Shown here one piece after another: positions 1 through 9,430 of a stretch of 57,867 bases of DNA. Every line of letters begins with the position of its first letter. Position 1 is the first letter of the stretch. The position numbers and the translations under genes are program-made. Origin of the DNA: a virus; IMG/VR virus record IMGVR_UViG_3300028534_000013, positions 1 through 57,867 of that record; one strand, written 5' to 3'. The notes below the pieces were generated by a model that worked only from the letters and a program-made list of their open reading frames with translations, had not been told where the DNA came from and did not search any database.

Positions 1-928
1 CATCATATATTGATGTAATTTTTTTTATTGCGTCGTCGTATTTTTTGTTGACTTTATCAGGGCTGAACCATTCTTTTTCAAAACGGAAATAATCACAAGT
101 GTTGAACATTCTTTTGTACAGGTCTTTAATTCCTTCAACCCTATCAGTGATAATTCCCATTAAATAGCCTCCCATATTTACGACTCTTTTAGCGTTTTCT
201 AATACTTCGTACACATTTATATGTGCCTTGTTACGGAATTTTTCAGAATTAATGCCTGCGAATTTTTTCTCGTTATCTACTTTGTTTGAAAACTCCTTAA
301 TTGCACTTATAGCATCTTCACAGATACAATATATTAATCCTCTCTCAGTTCCACACACTCCCCTTACTCCGTTAATTGCAAATCTGTTTGCTCCATCTAA
401 ATCCTCTCTGAAAGCTTTGGCCAGTCTATATAGCCTCTCCTCAATATAGCTAACATAATCATCCGCCTCCATTGTTAAAATGTTTATATATTTTTGCACT
501 GTTGATTTTGACAAAACTTTATTTTTAATAAGAACATCTTTATATAAAAGCAGCTCTTCTTTTAGTTCTTTTGCGTCTTTATGCAAGTCCTCAGTTTCTA
601 TTCTCCAGTAATCATTAAATTTATACAGCTCATTAAATCTTGCAAGCACCCTTTTCATTTTTTCAGTCAGATATTTTCTTTTATATTCATCGGGTATTAG
701 AAAAAACAATTTTTCTTCTTCAGGTATTTTATGAAAACCCAATCTTTTGGTTTCTTCAATCCTTTCTTTTATAAGCTCTCTTGCTTCAGCCCCTTTTTTT
801 ATTTTTCCGCTTTTTAGTTTAGCTATTGTTGTCTTATGAACTCCAAACTGCTTTGCTAATTCTTCGTTAGTTTTACCACTATCAGCCAATATTAATATTT
901 CAGCTACTTGTTGTACTGTTAATTTCAT
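1..928 (-). CDS. HTH-domain protein, runs off left edge
   Basis: Not in ORF track; read by hand from ATG 928 (RBS AAGGAG): MKLTVQQVAEILILADSGKTNEELAKQFGVHKTTIAKLKSG, open to the window edge. Confidence 0.75.
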   Translation of the reverse strand, partial: MKLTVQQVAEILILADSGKTNEELAKQFGVHKTTIAKLKSGKIKKGAEARELIKERIEETKRLGFHKIPEEEKLFFLIPDEYKRKYLTEKMKRVLARFNELYKFNDYWRIETEDLHKDAKELKEELLLYKDVLIKNKVLSKSTVQKYINILTMEADDYVSYIEERLYRLAKAFREDLDGANRFAINGVRGVCGTERGLIYCICEDAISAIKEFSNKVDNEKKFAGINSEKFRNKAHINVYEVLENAKRVVNMGGYLMGIITDRVEGIKDLYKRMFNTCDYFRFEKEWFSPDKVNKKYDDAIKKITSIYD

Positions 929-942
929 GTTTTCTCCTTGAT

Positions 943-1218
943 TTAAAAATACGGCAGTCTCTTGTTTATTTCAGCTTCCAATCTGTCTTCAATTTCATCA
1001 CACAACAACTCAAACCCCTCTTCATCATCCTCGTCAAGATACACTTTAAAATCAAAGTTTCTGTATTCGCCTTCACCGGTTACATCACACACTACATCCA
1101 CTTCAACATAGGTATCTTCCAACACATTCTGCTTCATACCTCTTATTTCATCGGCCACATCTCTGGCGAAATCTTTCACATCGTGTTCACCGTACGTAAA
1201 CGTACAATCAAAATACAT
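943..1218 (-). CDS. Small acidic hypothetical protein
   Basis: AAGGAG RBS, D/E-rich. Confidence 0.75.
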   Translation of the reverse strand: MYFDCTFTYGEHDVKDFARDVADEIRGMKQNVLEDTYVEVDVVCDVTGEGEYRNFDFKVYLDEDDEEGFELLCDEIEDRLEAEINKRLPYF

Positions 1219-1235
1219 ACAATCTCCTTAATTAA

Positions 1236-1261
1236 AATGTAATTTACATTAATATATAACA
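1236..1261 (-). promoter_or_regulatory. Putative promoter (TGTTATAT) with palindromic operator AATGTAA-T-TTACATT (1236-1250)
   Basis: Perfect 7-bp inverted repeat between a -10-like box and the RBS. Confidence 0.45.
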
Positions 1262-1308
1262 CAAAAATAAAAACTATTATGATTAAAAAAAAGAGAAGCA
1301 GAGGGCAA

Positions 1309-2124
1309 TCATGAAAGTACGTGAGAAATGTAAATTTCAATATTGTCCTCGTAAAGTTTCAAAATTCCGTCGTCAATATAATATTTCCAATTTGAACCAA
1401 GTAAATCCACAACCTTTTTAAGATATTCACTTCTAAACTCCTCGCCATCAATAACGCACAGTTCGTTGGATGTATCGATTTTAATAAGATTAATATCTTT
1501 TCCTTTGCTTACATTCAACGAAAGTTTATTTCTGGTATCGATAGGTTTATTCACGATTTTATCAGGAATTAAACATCCATTTTCACTTTTAACGGCATAT
1601 GCGCCCTCACAAAGCAAAATATTCTTCCTGTCAAATTCAAACGCCGCCGCCCCTACAAGAGAAAAATTTATTTCATCTGGAAGCTCTGTTTCTACGTTTA
1701 CTCTAACAAGAATAGCTAAATCGCTTGCCTCGGCATAATCCTTAAATATCCTTACACCCTTGAATTCGTCTCCATAATTACTGTCGTATCTGTGTGCAAA
1801 CGGCATTAACAATTCAACAAGCTCCATCTGCTCCTCTGTAGGAGTGACCGCTCCTTTTAAAATTGAGCTGTCGCATTCTACCACTCTGCTTCCGTATTTA
1901 ATAAACCAGTCTCTTGCGGTCATGTTTTTAACCTTAGCTTCGATGCTGCGCAACTCGTCTATGTTGTAATTCACCTCTTCAACCGTTTCATCCTCATAAT
2001 CCGGGTCAAGTTCATTTAATATGTACTCTTTAACATCTCCGTCATAATCGTTAATGATGGCTATCGCATCTTCTTCGGTCAGTTCATATTCCTCAACTAC
2101 CGTTTTTACTATTTCTACTTTCAT
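1309..2124 (-). CDS. Hypothetical protein, acidic N-terminus
   Basis: RBS, operon tiling. Confidence 0.75.
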   Translation of the reverse strand: MKVEIVKTVVEEYELTEEDAIAIINDYDGDVKEYILNELDPDYEDETVEEVNYNIDELRSIEAKVKNMTARDWFIKYGSRVVECDSSILKGAVTPTEEQMELVELLMPFAHRYDSNYGDEFKGVRIFKDYAEASDLAILVRVNVETELPDEINFSLVGAAAFEFDRKNILLCEGAYAVKSENGCLIPDKIVNKPIDTRNKLSLNVSKGKDINLIKIDTSNELCVIDGEEFRSEYLKKVVDLLGSNWKYYIDDGILKLYEDNIEIYISHVLS

Positions 2125-2458
2125 TTCTCTTCTCCTTTAGTTTCTGCAAATATTCAACCCCGTAAACTCTTTTTTTTCTTTTACCCAAATATCTGTTTAT
2201 AGCTTTGCTTACCGCCCATTCCGTTGTTTCCGCTTCAAAAGCTATCTCTTTTAGAGTGTATGTATCGGGAGGATATTTTTTAAACAGTTCCAGCCAATAT
2301 TGTTTTTTTGTTTTAATGCCGAGTCTGTTTTTGGCTTTTCTTACGGTGGTAGGATGAACACCTATTTTATCAGCAATCTCTTTGCTTGTGTATTTAAACG
2401 GAGAATATTTTTTAAACACCTCCCACCAGTCTATCTGTTTAGTGTATTGGTTGGCCAT
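2093..2458 (-). CDS. Tandem HTH DNA-binding protein
   Basis: Two repeats W.E.FKKY.P..YT.KEIA......T..V.KA.NR; basic. Confidence 0.7.
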   Translation of the reverse strand: MANQYTKQIDWWEVFKKYSPFKYTSKEIADKIGVHPTTVRKAKNRLGIKTKKQYWLELFKKYPPDTYTLKEIAFEAETTEWAVSKAINRYLGKRKKRVYGVEYLQKLKEKRNESRNSKNGS

Positions 2459-2487
2459 TGTTAACCTTTTCCTAATGTTATTGTTTT

Positions 2488-2745
2488 TTATTTTGTAAGC
2501 TTGCCGTATGCTTTTGCATCCAACACCTCAATATGTCTTCCGTCTTTAAGTCTAGCGTAATAATGTTCTTTTATAACTTCATATACATCTCCGCTGTCTG
2601 AAAATTCTTTTACTGTTTTAACCCATTCCTTTACAGCCGATTCCTTTGAAAAATAAATACCTTTAATTTCAACCTTTTCGCAACAGCTGACAACCACGCT
2701 GTATGTAGGTATTCCGTCTCTTACTCCATCTATTTCTACAGCCAT
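2488..2745 (-). CDS. Hypothetical protein
   Basis: RBS, overlaps neighbour. Confidence 0.7.
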   Translation of the reverse strand: MAVEIDGVRDGIPTYSVVVSCCEKVEIKGIYFSKESAVKEWVKTVKEFSDSGDVYEVIKEHYYARLKDGRHIEVLDAKAYGKLTK

Positions 2746-2942
2746 TCTTTGCCTCCTTTTTCGTTTATTTCCCTTGCCCTTTCTTCAGCCTCTTCCATTG
2801 TTTCTTTATATTCAAACTCTACAAACTCGACATACCCTCCGTCTTCATCGGCCAGATATATTTCAACACAGTAAGGCGCTAGAGCTTTTGGTTCTGTTAA
2901 ATCTTCATTAACATACGCCCTGATAATTTGTTTTTCACTCAT
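2736..2942 (-). CDS. Hypothetical protein
   Basis: Operon tiling. Confidence 0.7.
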   Translation of the reverse strand: MSEKQIIRAYVNEDLTEPKALAPYCVEIYLADEDGGYVEFVEFEYKETMEEAEERAREINEKGGKEWL

Positions 2943-3435
2943 TTTCTTCCTTTTTGGCTTTAAGGTTTTTTAGAATAAGTTCCAGCGTCTCTATAGTATA
3001 ATCAATATCATCTTTGCCGCTGTCTTTATCATACCTGGTTTCAATAACCAAATGGTGCTCATCTCTTACAGTGATGTCTGCGATAGACCACGGGTCTACT
3101 TCCACTCTTGTAATCAGTTTATCCCACGGTCCTAAAACCACTCCGAAACTGTCTTCAGGATGTCTTATAGCTAGTTCTACTTTAACTTTACCGTAATAGT
3201 AAAACAGAGGTTTATGCAGATTTTTGTAATACCATGCTTTAACCAGATACATCAAATCATCATTTAGTGTGCTCACCTTATTGAACGTGGAATATTTTAC
3301 CCATTTACCCGTTTTGGGATTTAGGTATTTACTCTTCACCTCTCTATCTTCGTAAACGATTCTTTTTTCGGTTGCGAAATGATAACCTTTATAGCACAGC
3401 TCGATAATTGTTTCGTTTTTTATTTTATTTTTCAT
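2935..3435 (-). CDS. Hypothetical protein
   Basis: Start moved to ATG 3435 (MKNKIK) behind AAGGAG. Confidence 0.7.
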   Translation of the reverse strand: MKNKIKNETIIELCYKGYHFATEKRIVYEDREVKSKYLNPKTGKWVKYSTFNKVSTLNDDLMYLVKAWYYKNLHKPLFYYYGKVKVELAIRHPEDSFGVVLGPWDKLITRVEVDPWSIADITVRDEHHLVIETRYDKDSGKDDIDYTIETLELILKNLKAKKEENE

Positions 3436-3453
3436 ACAAATCTCCTTTAAATA

Positions 3454-3462
3454 TGCTATAAT
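3454..3462 (+). promoter_or_regulatory. Extended -10 promoter TGCTATAAT for plus-strand sRNA
   Basis: Perfect TGnTATAAT 7 nt before a structured GC-richer tract. Confidence 0.55.
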
Positions 3463-3468
3463 TCTTTT

Positions 3469-3588
3469 GCCGGTATTGGAAGCCAACCAGCGCAGAACAT
3501 TTTGGAAAGTTTCTTCTATCCAAAAAAAGGAAGAGAGTCGGCTCGCCGCTTATGCGAGGGGAGCTTATCCTACCGACTCCTTTCTTTT
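3469..3588 (+). ncRNA. Candidate structured small RNA (~120 nt)
   Basis: Promoter, three stem domains, last stem GAGTCGG/CCGACTC followed by CTTTCTTTT; intergenic. Confidence 0.55.
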
Positions 3589-3594
3589 AGATTG

Positions 3595-4236
3595 CTATAC
3601 CCAAAACTTAATATTATTCTTAACACTTTCTCTGCTGTATACACGGTCAATATCTGAAATACACGCTTTTATTATTTGTTCAGCTTCTTCAGCCCTGTAC
3701 TCAAACAGCTCGTTAGTTTCTTCAGAACAAATTAAATCCGACACCCTTTTAAGAGGAAAACTGATTCCGTTTATTTTCAGATACGCATTGTCATATTCCC
3801 ACTCAATCTCTGCGCTGTATCTGTGTTTTGCATATAAATCAAGTATATTGCTTATATACAGCACCTCTTCCTCTCTGTTCTCCAATGCAATAAGAACTTT
3901 TGCGCTTACTATGAATTTGTCTTTTCCTACCGTTTCAAACCATACGCCGAGCGTACGTTTTTCTGCGTATTCCACTTTGTCTGCGTTGGCTTCTTCCGTT
4001 GCACTTACAATTTTTTTCTCAGCGCCCAACACTTCATTTACATAGTTAACTGCATCCTTGCCTACTATCACTTCTCTCACAATCCCGTTTCCGTTTCCAA
4101 TATCATTTACAATCGCAACAAAATCTTTGTCGTTGTTATATACGATATACAACCTTTCCTCTATAACTTTAAAACTTCCGTTTTCAATATCGTTATCTCT
4201 AAAATGCATTCCGGGTGTTAACGCTTCTACTCTCAT
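3595..4236 (-). CDS. Hypothetical protein
   Basis: RBS, ATGA overlap. Confidence 0.75.
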   Translation of the reverse strand: MRVEALTPGMHFRDNDIENGSFKVIEERLYIVYNNDKDFVAIVNDIGNGNGIVREVIVGKDAVNYVNEVLGAEKKIVSATEEANADKVEYAEKRTLGVWFETVGKDKFIVSAKVLIALENREEEVLYISNILDLYAKHRYSAEIEWEYDNAYLKINGISFPLKRVSDLICSEETNELFEYRAEEAEQIIKACISDIDRVYSRESVKNNIKFWV

Positions 4237-4400
4237 TTATTCTCCTTATTGATTTCTTTTATAGCTTCGTCTATTTCTTTTTTGGTTCTTTTAACTTCAT
4301 CCTGGTCAATCCACGGCGCATATTCCTGCTCAAGCACTATCAAATCAACCTTTGCTTTCATCAGGTCAACTTTCAGCTTAATTGCTTCAATTTTATCCAT
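4233..4400 (-). CDS. Small helical hypothetical protein
   Basis: Start at 4400 (MDKIEA) behind GGAGG. Confidence 0.65.
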   Translation of the reverse strand: MDKIEAIKLKVDLMKAKVDLIVLEQEYAPWIDQDEVKRTKKEIDEAIKEINKENK

Positions 4401-4402
4401 TG

Positions 4403-4930
4403 TTATCCTCCGCACTTAACGTTGTATTTAACTGAATTGATAACGGATGCAATGAGCTCTACAATAAATACTTTACTGTAAGGCGAACACTTCTGATAGT
4501 CTTCAGCCTGATATACATACACTTCATCGCTAAGCAAGTCAACCATTATATCCATTTCAATCTTGTATCCGTCAACGCACAAAATCATAGTGCCGGTAAC
4601 GGTTCTGTCTTTTTCGTAGAACTCTTCCTCGATAAAATCGTACAGCTGAAAATACGCATCGTAACCCCTGATGTCTATTTCATCACTCAAAAACTCTTCA
4701 AGAATTACAATCGCCTTTTCTTCTCTTTCGTTTCTCACTCTGCCTTTGTTGATTTTAAGATTCAGTTGTCTTAGCTCGTCTTCCGAATAATTTTCAAGCA
4801 CGTAACCTATCGTTCCGTCTACGTTTTTAACGATTATCTCACGTTTTTCCTCATCAACTTCATAGACTGGCATAGGCATACTGTCTATAAGCTCAAGCAG
4901 TCTTTTGAAATCTTTCGTTAACAATATCAT
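4403..4930 (-). CDS. Hypothetical protein
   Basis: AAGGAG RBS. Confidence 0.75.
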   Translation of the reverse strand: MILLTKDFKRLLELIDSMPMPVYEVDEEKREIIVKNVDGTIGYVLENYSEDELRQLNLKINKGRVRNEREEKAIVILEEFLSDEIDIRGYDAYFQLYDFIEEEFYEKDRTVTGTMILCVDGYKIEMDIMVDLLSDEVYVYQAEDYQKCSPYSKVFIVELIASVINSVKYNVKCGG

Positions 4931-4940
4931 AATTCTCCTT

Positions 4941-5306
4941 TTAGTAGTATCCTATACCCATTTTCTTGGTATAGTTAATTACGGCTCTTTTTAATCCTTC
5001 CAGTGTTTTATATCTCTCTTTTTTCAACACTTTACGAACACAGTTTTTCATGTTTATAATTTCAACTCTGTCATCATAAAACACAACCTTGCAGCCGTTT
5101 ATAATCTGATGTCTGTGCTGCATATTTATATCCCTTGGATGATTAACTATTTTGCCGACTTTTTTTCTTGCGTCTTCTGTAATTTCTTTTTCATCAAAAA
5201 GTTTTTCAATCACACTTTCAACAACACTGTACGGAACCATGCGTTTGCCGTATTCGTTCTTGGTTATGTTTGTTCTTAATATTTCAAGAGCTTCATTCTT
5301 CGTCAT
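4941..5306 (-). CDS. Hypothetical protein
   Basis: Operon tiling. Confidence 0.7.
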   Translation of the reverse strand: MTKNEALEILRTNITKNEYGKRMVPYSVVESVIEKLFDEKEITEDARKKVGKIVNHPRDINMQHRHQIINGCKVVFYDDRVEIINMKNCVRKVLKKERYKTLEGLKRAVINYTKKMGIGYY

Positions 5307-5496
5307 CTTCTACTTCCTCATCGTCCGCATACATTTCGTCATACAGTTCCGCTCTGTAATCCACTTCGGCCGTGGTGACCTGGACATCTTCCGTGTCATC
5401 ATAACCGTTTACCTGCACATATACACTTCCGTCGTCTTCGTAAGCACTGATACCTCTTATTTTGAACCATTTGATTGCTTTTTCAATGTTGGTCAT
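5293..5496 (-). CDS. Small acidic hypothetical protein
   Basis: AAGGAG RBS, acidic tail. Confidence 0.7.
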   Translation of the reverse strand: MTNIEKAIKWFKIRGISAYEDDGSVYVQVNGYDDTEDVQVTTAEVDYRAELYDEMYADDEEVEDDEE

Positions 5497-5510
5497 TTCA
5501 ACTCCTTTAA

Positions 5511-5798
5511 TTATTTGTCTTCCCAGAAAATAAAATACTCCGCTTCTTCAGGTTTGCCTGCTATTTCAAAATGCTCTTTCAGTACTTCCAATACTCCGTT
5601 TAGATTTTCAATCCTTATCTCTCTGGAATCTTTATTTTCCATTTCAATATAGTAAATATCATTCCTGTCCAGCAGTTCAATCAGAAACTGCATCGGATTT
5701 TTTTCATCCGGGTTTTTAATCGTGTATATAGGGTCTATAAACATTACCTTTGTTAACCCTGTAAAACCGCCGCCGTTATTTTCTTTGCTCACAATCAT
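5511..5798 (-). CDS. Hypothetical protein
   Basis: AAGGAGG RBS. Confidence 0.7.
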   Translation of the reverse strand: MIVSKENNGGGFTGLTKVMFIDPIYTIKNPDEKNPMQFLIELLDRNDIYYIEMENKDSREIRIENLNGVLEVLKEHFEIAGKPEEAEYFIFWEDK

Positions 5799-6121
5799 CT
5801 CCTCCTTGTTGCATATTCAATAGCATCCTCGATAATATCTTCATTAATAATAGATACATCCGGATGTTCGTCTTCAAAATACAGATGTTCGGCCAGATAC
5901 TTCTCAATCGTTTCAATCTGTTTTTCATCAGTTATCCTGTCAGCCCATACATACAGCTCCTTAACTTTAACTGTTACATCGAAATCTGTCTGCAAATCGT
6001 GTAAATCAACATCATAAGTGTAAGTCAGTTTTCCGCTTACAAGAATTATGGCTTTTATTGCCGGAGCATCCAGTTCAAACTCTTCATCTCGCATTGTTAT
6101 TACGCATACTCTCTCCATCAT
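5795..6121 (-). CDS. Hypothetical protein (possible paralog family)
   Basis: IILVSGKLTY motif shared with 7743 and 23336 ORFs. Confidence 0.7.
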   Translation of the reverse strand: MMERVCVITMRDEEFELDAPAIKAIILVSGKLTYTYDVDLHDLQTDFDVTVKVKELYVWADRITDEKQIETIEKYLAEHLYFEDEHPDVSIINEDIIEDAIEYATRRR

Positions 6122-6483
6122 TTGTTATCCTTTTTACATATACTGTCTCTGACCGAATATTGCAGATTATTATCCTCTATATATTTAATCACCTTTTTAA
6201 CCGTGTCGCCCCTAATGCCCATTCGATTTGCTTTTTCGATGAACTCTTTTTCATTACAGTAAGTTATACACCAATTGTTGTTTTTCAAATCCAACATTCC
6301 CCATTCTCTTACCATCCCAGCTTCTTTAAGTTCCGCATCGTTAAACTCTTCGGCCAACATATCAGCTTCTTCAAACGATTCAAAATATTTAGCTCCGTAA
6401 ATTGTTACTCCACGGTCTTTAACTTCTTCCACTTCCCATTTTGCACCAGGGACATACCTGTCATCTCTTACCAATATGTACAT
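6118..6483 (-). CDS. Hypothetical protein
   Basis: Start at 6483 (MYILV) behind AAGGA. Confidence 0.7.
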   Translation of the reverse strand: MYILVRDDRYVPGAKWEVEEVKDRGVTIYGAKYFESFEEADMLAEEFNDAELKEAGMVREWGMLDLKNNNWCITYCNEKEFIEKANRMGIRGDTVKKVIKYIEDNNLQYSVRDSICKKDNK

Positions 6484-6494
6484 CTTTAGTCCTT

Positions 6495-6749
6495 TTAGCA
6501 TACTTGATTGTTGGCCAGGAAGATAATTACATCGCAAAATACTGTAAATGTATCTATAAACTCCGTATCGTCAAATACTTCCCATCTGAACTCAATTTCT
6601 TTGTCGTCTTCATTCTGCGTCTGAACAACGTAATACTCTCCCGTAAACCATACGTCAACTTTATCGTTTATCTCTTCAAAACTTTCTCTCAACTCATACA
6701 TTCTGTTTAGGATGTCGTCGCTTAATTCTTTATGCAGATACATTTTCAC
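6495..6749 (-). CDS. Small acidic hypothetical protein
   Basis: Operon tiling. Confidence 0.7.
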   Translation of the reverse strand: MKMYLHKELSDDILNRMYELRESFEEINDKVDVWFTGEYYVVQTQNEDDKEIEFRWEVFDDTEFIDTFTVFCDVIIFLANNQVC

Positions 6750-6990
6750 CCCCTATACATTCTACTTCTACAAAAGTTACAGCTCTTTGCGCTCCGTATT
6801 CGTCAAACCAGTCAACATACAACTCACCTTCTTCCTCAATGCCGATGATATATTCCTGTACCCATTCATCTTCAAGGTTATCTCTTGCAACTTCTTTTAA
6901 CGCTTCTATTGCACCTTTTTTATTGTTTCCATAATTAGCTACGTTAACTACTATTCCGTTTTCAGTTTCAATTAATAATACGTTTTTCAT
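6730..6990 (-). CDS. Small acidic hypothetical protein
   Basis: AAGGAG RBS. Confidence 0.7.
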   Translation of the reverse strand: MKNVLLIETENGIVVNVANYGNNKKGAIEALKEVARDNLEDEWVQEYIIGIEEEGELYVDWFDEYGAQRAVTFVEVECIGGENVSA

Positions 6991-7022
6991 ATCTTTCTCC
7001 TTTTCTTTAAAAAATAATGATT

Positions 7023-7102
7023 TTAAGAATTGTTTAAGAAAAGTGGCTAAAAAGGTGTATCTCTATATACCCAAAACCGCACTTTTCTTAAGAGTTGCTT
7101 AA
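7023..7102. repeat. Long imperfect inverted repeat / hairpin
   Basis: Perfect 12-bp arms TTAAGAAAAGTG / CACTTTTCTTAA, inner GGTGTAT/ATATACC stem, outer TTAAG/CTTAA. Confidence 0.7.
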
Positions 7103-7140
7103 GGATTTTTGCAATTTACCCATTTTCGCTTAAGCTTTGT

Positions 7141-7530
7141 TTAAGAAATATTATTCCAACTGAGAGGGTTTTGACCAGTTACATCACTAAAATCATAAGT
7201 ATTCTTAAACGGTATTGTATAATGACAGATATACCCATTGGTTTTTTTACCGTCTTTCTCTTTAGGTCTGCACCTAAATTCAACGCTTATAAGTCTCACC
7301 TTTTCTATCAGAGATATAGAATGCACCGGTATCATAAACCTTTCTCCGGTTATTAAGTCTTCAGCGCTTATCAGCCCTGTAAAACTGTTCCCGTGACTAA
7401 TGTAGTTTATAATGGCCGTAACAGTCTGCGATTGGTCTTCTTTGTGCGTAATCAGCCAACATTCTTTATCCGCCGTTACTTTCTGATTTACAAAATTTCT
7501 ACACGGTGTTTTCAATACACTATTCCCCAT
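7141..7530 (-). CDS. Hypothetical protein
   Basis: AAGGAG RBS. Confidence 0.65.
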   Translation of the reverse strand: MGNSVLKTPCRNFVNQKVTADKECWLITHKEDQSQTVTAIINYISHGNSFTGLISAEDLITGERFMIPVHSISLIEKVRLISVEFRCRPKEKDGKKTNGYICHYTIPFKNTYDFSDVTGQNPLSWNNIS

Positions 7531-7732
7531 TTAATTCTCCTTTGCATTCAAATGTGATTTTATTTATTGTTGTTTTCAATTTAGACGAAGGTACCGCTAC
7601 ATTAGCGAGTTCCTCTTCATTTTTAGAGCTCACTATTTCCCCCGCTTTATAACAGTCTTCAGCTTTTACGTGCAAATCGTAACTATATTCAACCGTTTTT
7701 GTTACTTTAACATTTACAACATATACTCCCAT
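7520..7732 (-). CDS. Hypothetical protein, DpnD/PcfM-like pattern
   Basis: YVVNVKVT...LHVKAEDCYKAGEIV. Confidence 0.6.
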   Translation of the reverse strand: MGVYVVNVKVTKTVEYSYDLHVKAEDCYKAGEIVSSKNEEELANVAVPSSKLKTTINKITFECKGELNGE

Positions 7733-7742
7733 AATTATCCTT

Positions 7743-8084
7743 TCATAATATACCTAGGTCGTTTAACGCCTCATACGCAGCTTCCAGCAATCCGTCCGTA
7801 TCCAGCTTAATAGATTCGTCAGTGCATACCGTTACGATGTATACCAGGTTTTTTCTTATATATTCCGCTATCTCTTTATATACATAATCACCGAGCTTTT
7901 CACCATTGTATTCCGCTATTCTCACTTCAACGTATTTGATTTGAACATCGGTTTCCCAGTCGCTTCTAATGTATCTAAGCGGCCCTGAGAACACTATACT
8001 CATATTAAACGGTTTTCCGTCATAGAAGTCTTCATCATATACCGGTTGGGCTATAAATATATCCCTTAACTCAATGTTTATCAT
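7743..8084 (-). CDS. Hypothetical protein (possible paralog family)
   Basis: AAGGAG RBS; SIVFSGPLRY motif. Confidence 0.7.
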   Translation of the reverse strand: MINIELRDIFIAQPVYDEDFYDGKPFNMSIVFSGPLRYIRSDWETDVQIKYVEVRIAEYNGEKLGDYVYKEIAEYIRKNLVYIVTVCTDESIKLDTDGLLEAAYEALNDLGIL

Positions 8085-8845
8085 TTATTCTCCTTTATCT
8101 CATATGTTGATTGTATGGCTTTATGGTGCTTTTTAACAATCTCCATACTCTTGATATAGCTTCCGTATTCAGTGATGTTTTCATACATTTCTATTACCCT
8201 GTCATGCGTTACTTTAGTGAGTTCGATGTCTTTAACGGTGTATACTCCGCTTCTATATACGCCTCTTACTTTATTGCCGTTTTCTTCTTCTTCATCATCA
8301 AACGGTCCGAACGCAATATCGATTTCCCAATCAATAATTTTGAGCTGTTTCTTGCGTAACGGAGTTACAGACATATTTAGCTTTTTAGCGTATTCTTCGA
8401 GTCCATGAGTATCGATTTTGAATTTGAAATCATATGTTCCGTCGTAGATTTCGTCAGGTTCGATATTCCTTTTAACTTCCTGGAGTTCTTCTACTATGGT
8501 TAACGGATATTTTCTGATAATGGACGGATTAGTAACAGTATTCAAATGTTTAAACATGCCTTTATCGTTAACCGCTATAAAACACCCGCTTATTCCGCAT
8601 ACCTGGACTTCATACTCATCACCGTAAATATCCATAATCCTTTGACCTTCCTCAATGTAATGGTCTTTATCGTCAGTGATATTTGACACTCTTACCAGCA
8701 ATGCGTCATCGGGCATGGCATCGGGAGAATATTCTCTTCCCAAAGCCCTGAATTTCATGGTTTCAGAATCCAGTGTCCATTCTCTTATATCACCTTCATA
8801 CGTTACCTGATATGCTTTATACTTAAAATCTGATAAAAACCTCAT
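8081..8845 (-). CDS. YopX-like domain protein
   Basis: FKYKAY ... SNITDDKDHYIEEGQRI resembles YopX TGlkDknGkeIYEGDi. Confidence 0.5.
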   Translation of the reverse strand: MRFLSDFKYKAYQVTYEGDIREWTLDSETMKFRALGREYSPDAMPDDALLVRVSNITDDKDHYIEEGQRIMDIYGDEYEVQVCGISGCFIAVNDKGMFKHLNTVTNPSIIRKYPLTIVEELQEVKRNIEPDEIYDGTYDFKFKIDTHGLEEYAKKLNMSVTPLRKKQLKIIDWEIDIAFGPFDDEEEENGNKVRGVYRSGVYTVKDIELTKVTHDRVIEMYENITEYGSYIKSMEIVKKHHKAIQSTYEIKENK

Positions 8846-9389
8846 CTCTTACCCCTTTGATTTTTTGCACAGCTTTTACAATAAAAGCCTCGTTTTCTTC
8901 GTAGTTCTCAAGACTTAACCAGCATTTTGGAGATATTTCAACATCCGGTAAAAAGGGCCTGTCCGTGAACACAGGGGAGCTTAAGTATTCTTTATAGTGT
9001 TCATGCGCATACACAAACACATTATCAACTGTTTTTTGATACAATGATTTTCTGTCTGGACTTTTGGTGAATCCCAGTTTTTCGTAGTATTCTATGTCAA
9101 TAGTGGAATATGTGTGCAGGTCTACTTTCTTAAGCTCAATCATTACATCGCTCATTACTTTAACAATAGGCTTAATCTGGTTTACGTCTTTAGGTCTTTC
9201 ATCAAGCTCAACCTTTATTTCAAAATCAAACATAGGCGCATTCATTGTGTGAAGTTCCCATCCGTATAATTCTTCATCTCCTATGTTTTGTTGAGCGTTT
9301 AAATAGATAAATTTATCCAATATCTGATAATGATTAATAAACTTGTTGCTTTTTTGTTTAAAATAATATTTTCCGTCAAAAATTTTCAT
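8823..9389 (-). CDS. Hypothetical protein
   Basis: AAGGA RBS. Confidence 0.7.
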   Translation of the reverse strand: MKIFDGKYYFKQKSNKFINHYQILDKFIYLNAQQNIGDEELYGWELHTMNAPMFDFEIKVELDERPKDVNQIKPIVKVMSDVMIELKKVDLHTYSTIDIEYYEKLGFTKSPDRKSLYQKTVDNVFVYAHEHYKEYLSSPVFTDRPFLPDVEISPKCWLSLENYEENEAFIVKAVQKIKGVRDEVFIRF

Positions 9390-9430
9390 TTTTTATCCTT
9401 TTTCCTTATCTGTTTTTTTAAGTCAAATTA

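Noticed and set aside
1309-1700. Sliding-clamp-like C-terminal domain
   Set aside because: Only a vague F..EYLK..L pattern; cannot be supported without a profile search
3469-3588. tRNA, hammerhead or SAM riboswitch identity for the structured RNA
   Set aside because: No T-loop/CCA, no CUGAUGA core, no SAM-I junction motifs
7072-7087. Resemblance of CAAAACCGCACTTTTC to the Helicobacter difH core (from memory)
   Set aside because: Flanking arms do not match and no XerH gene is in the window; needs alignment to curated difH sites
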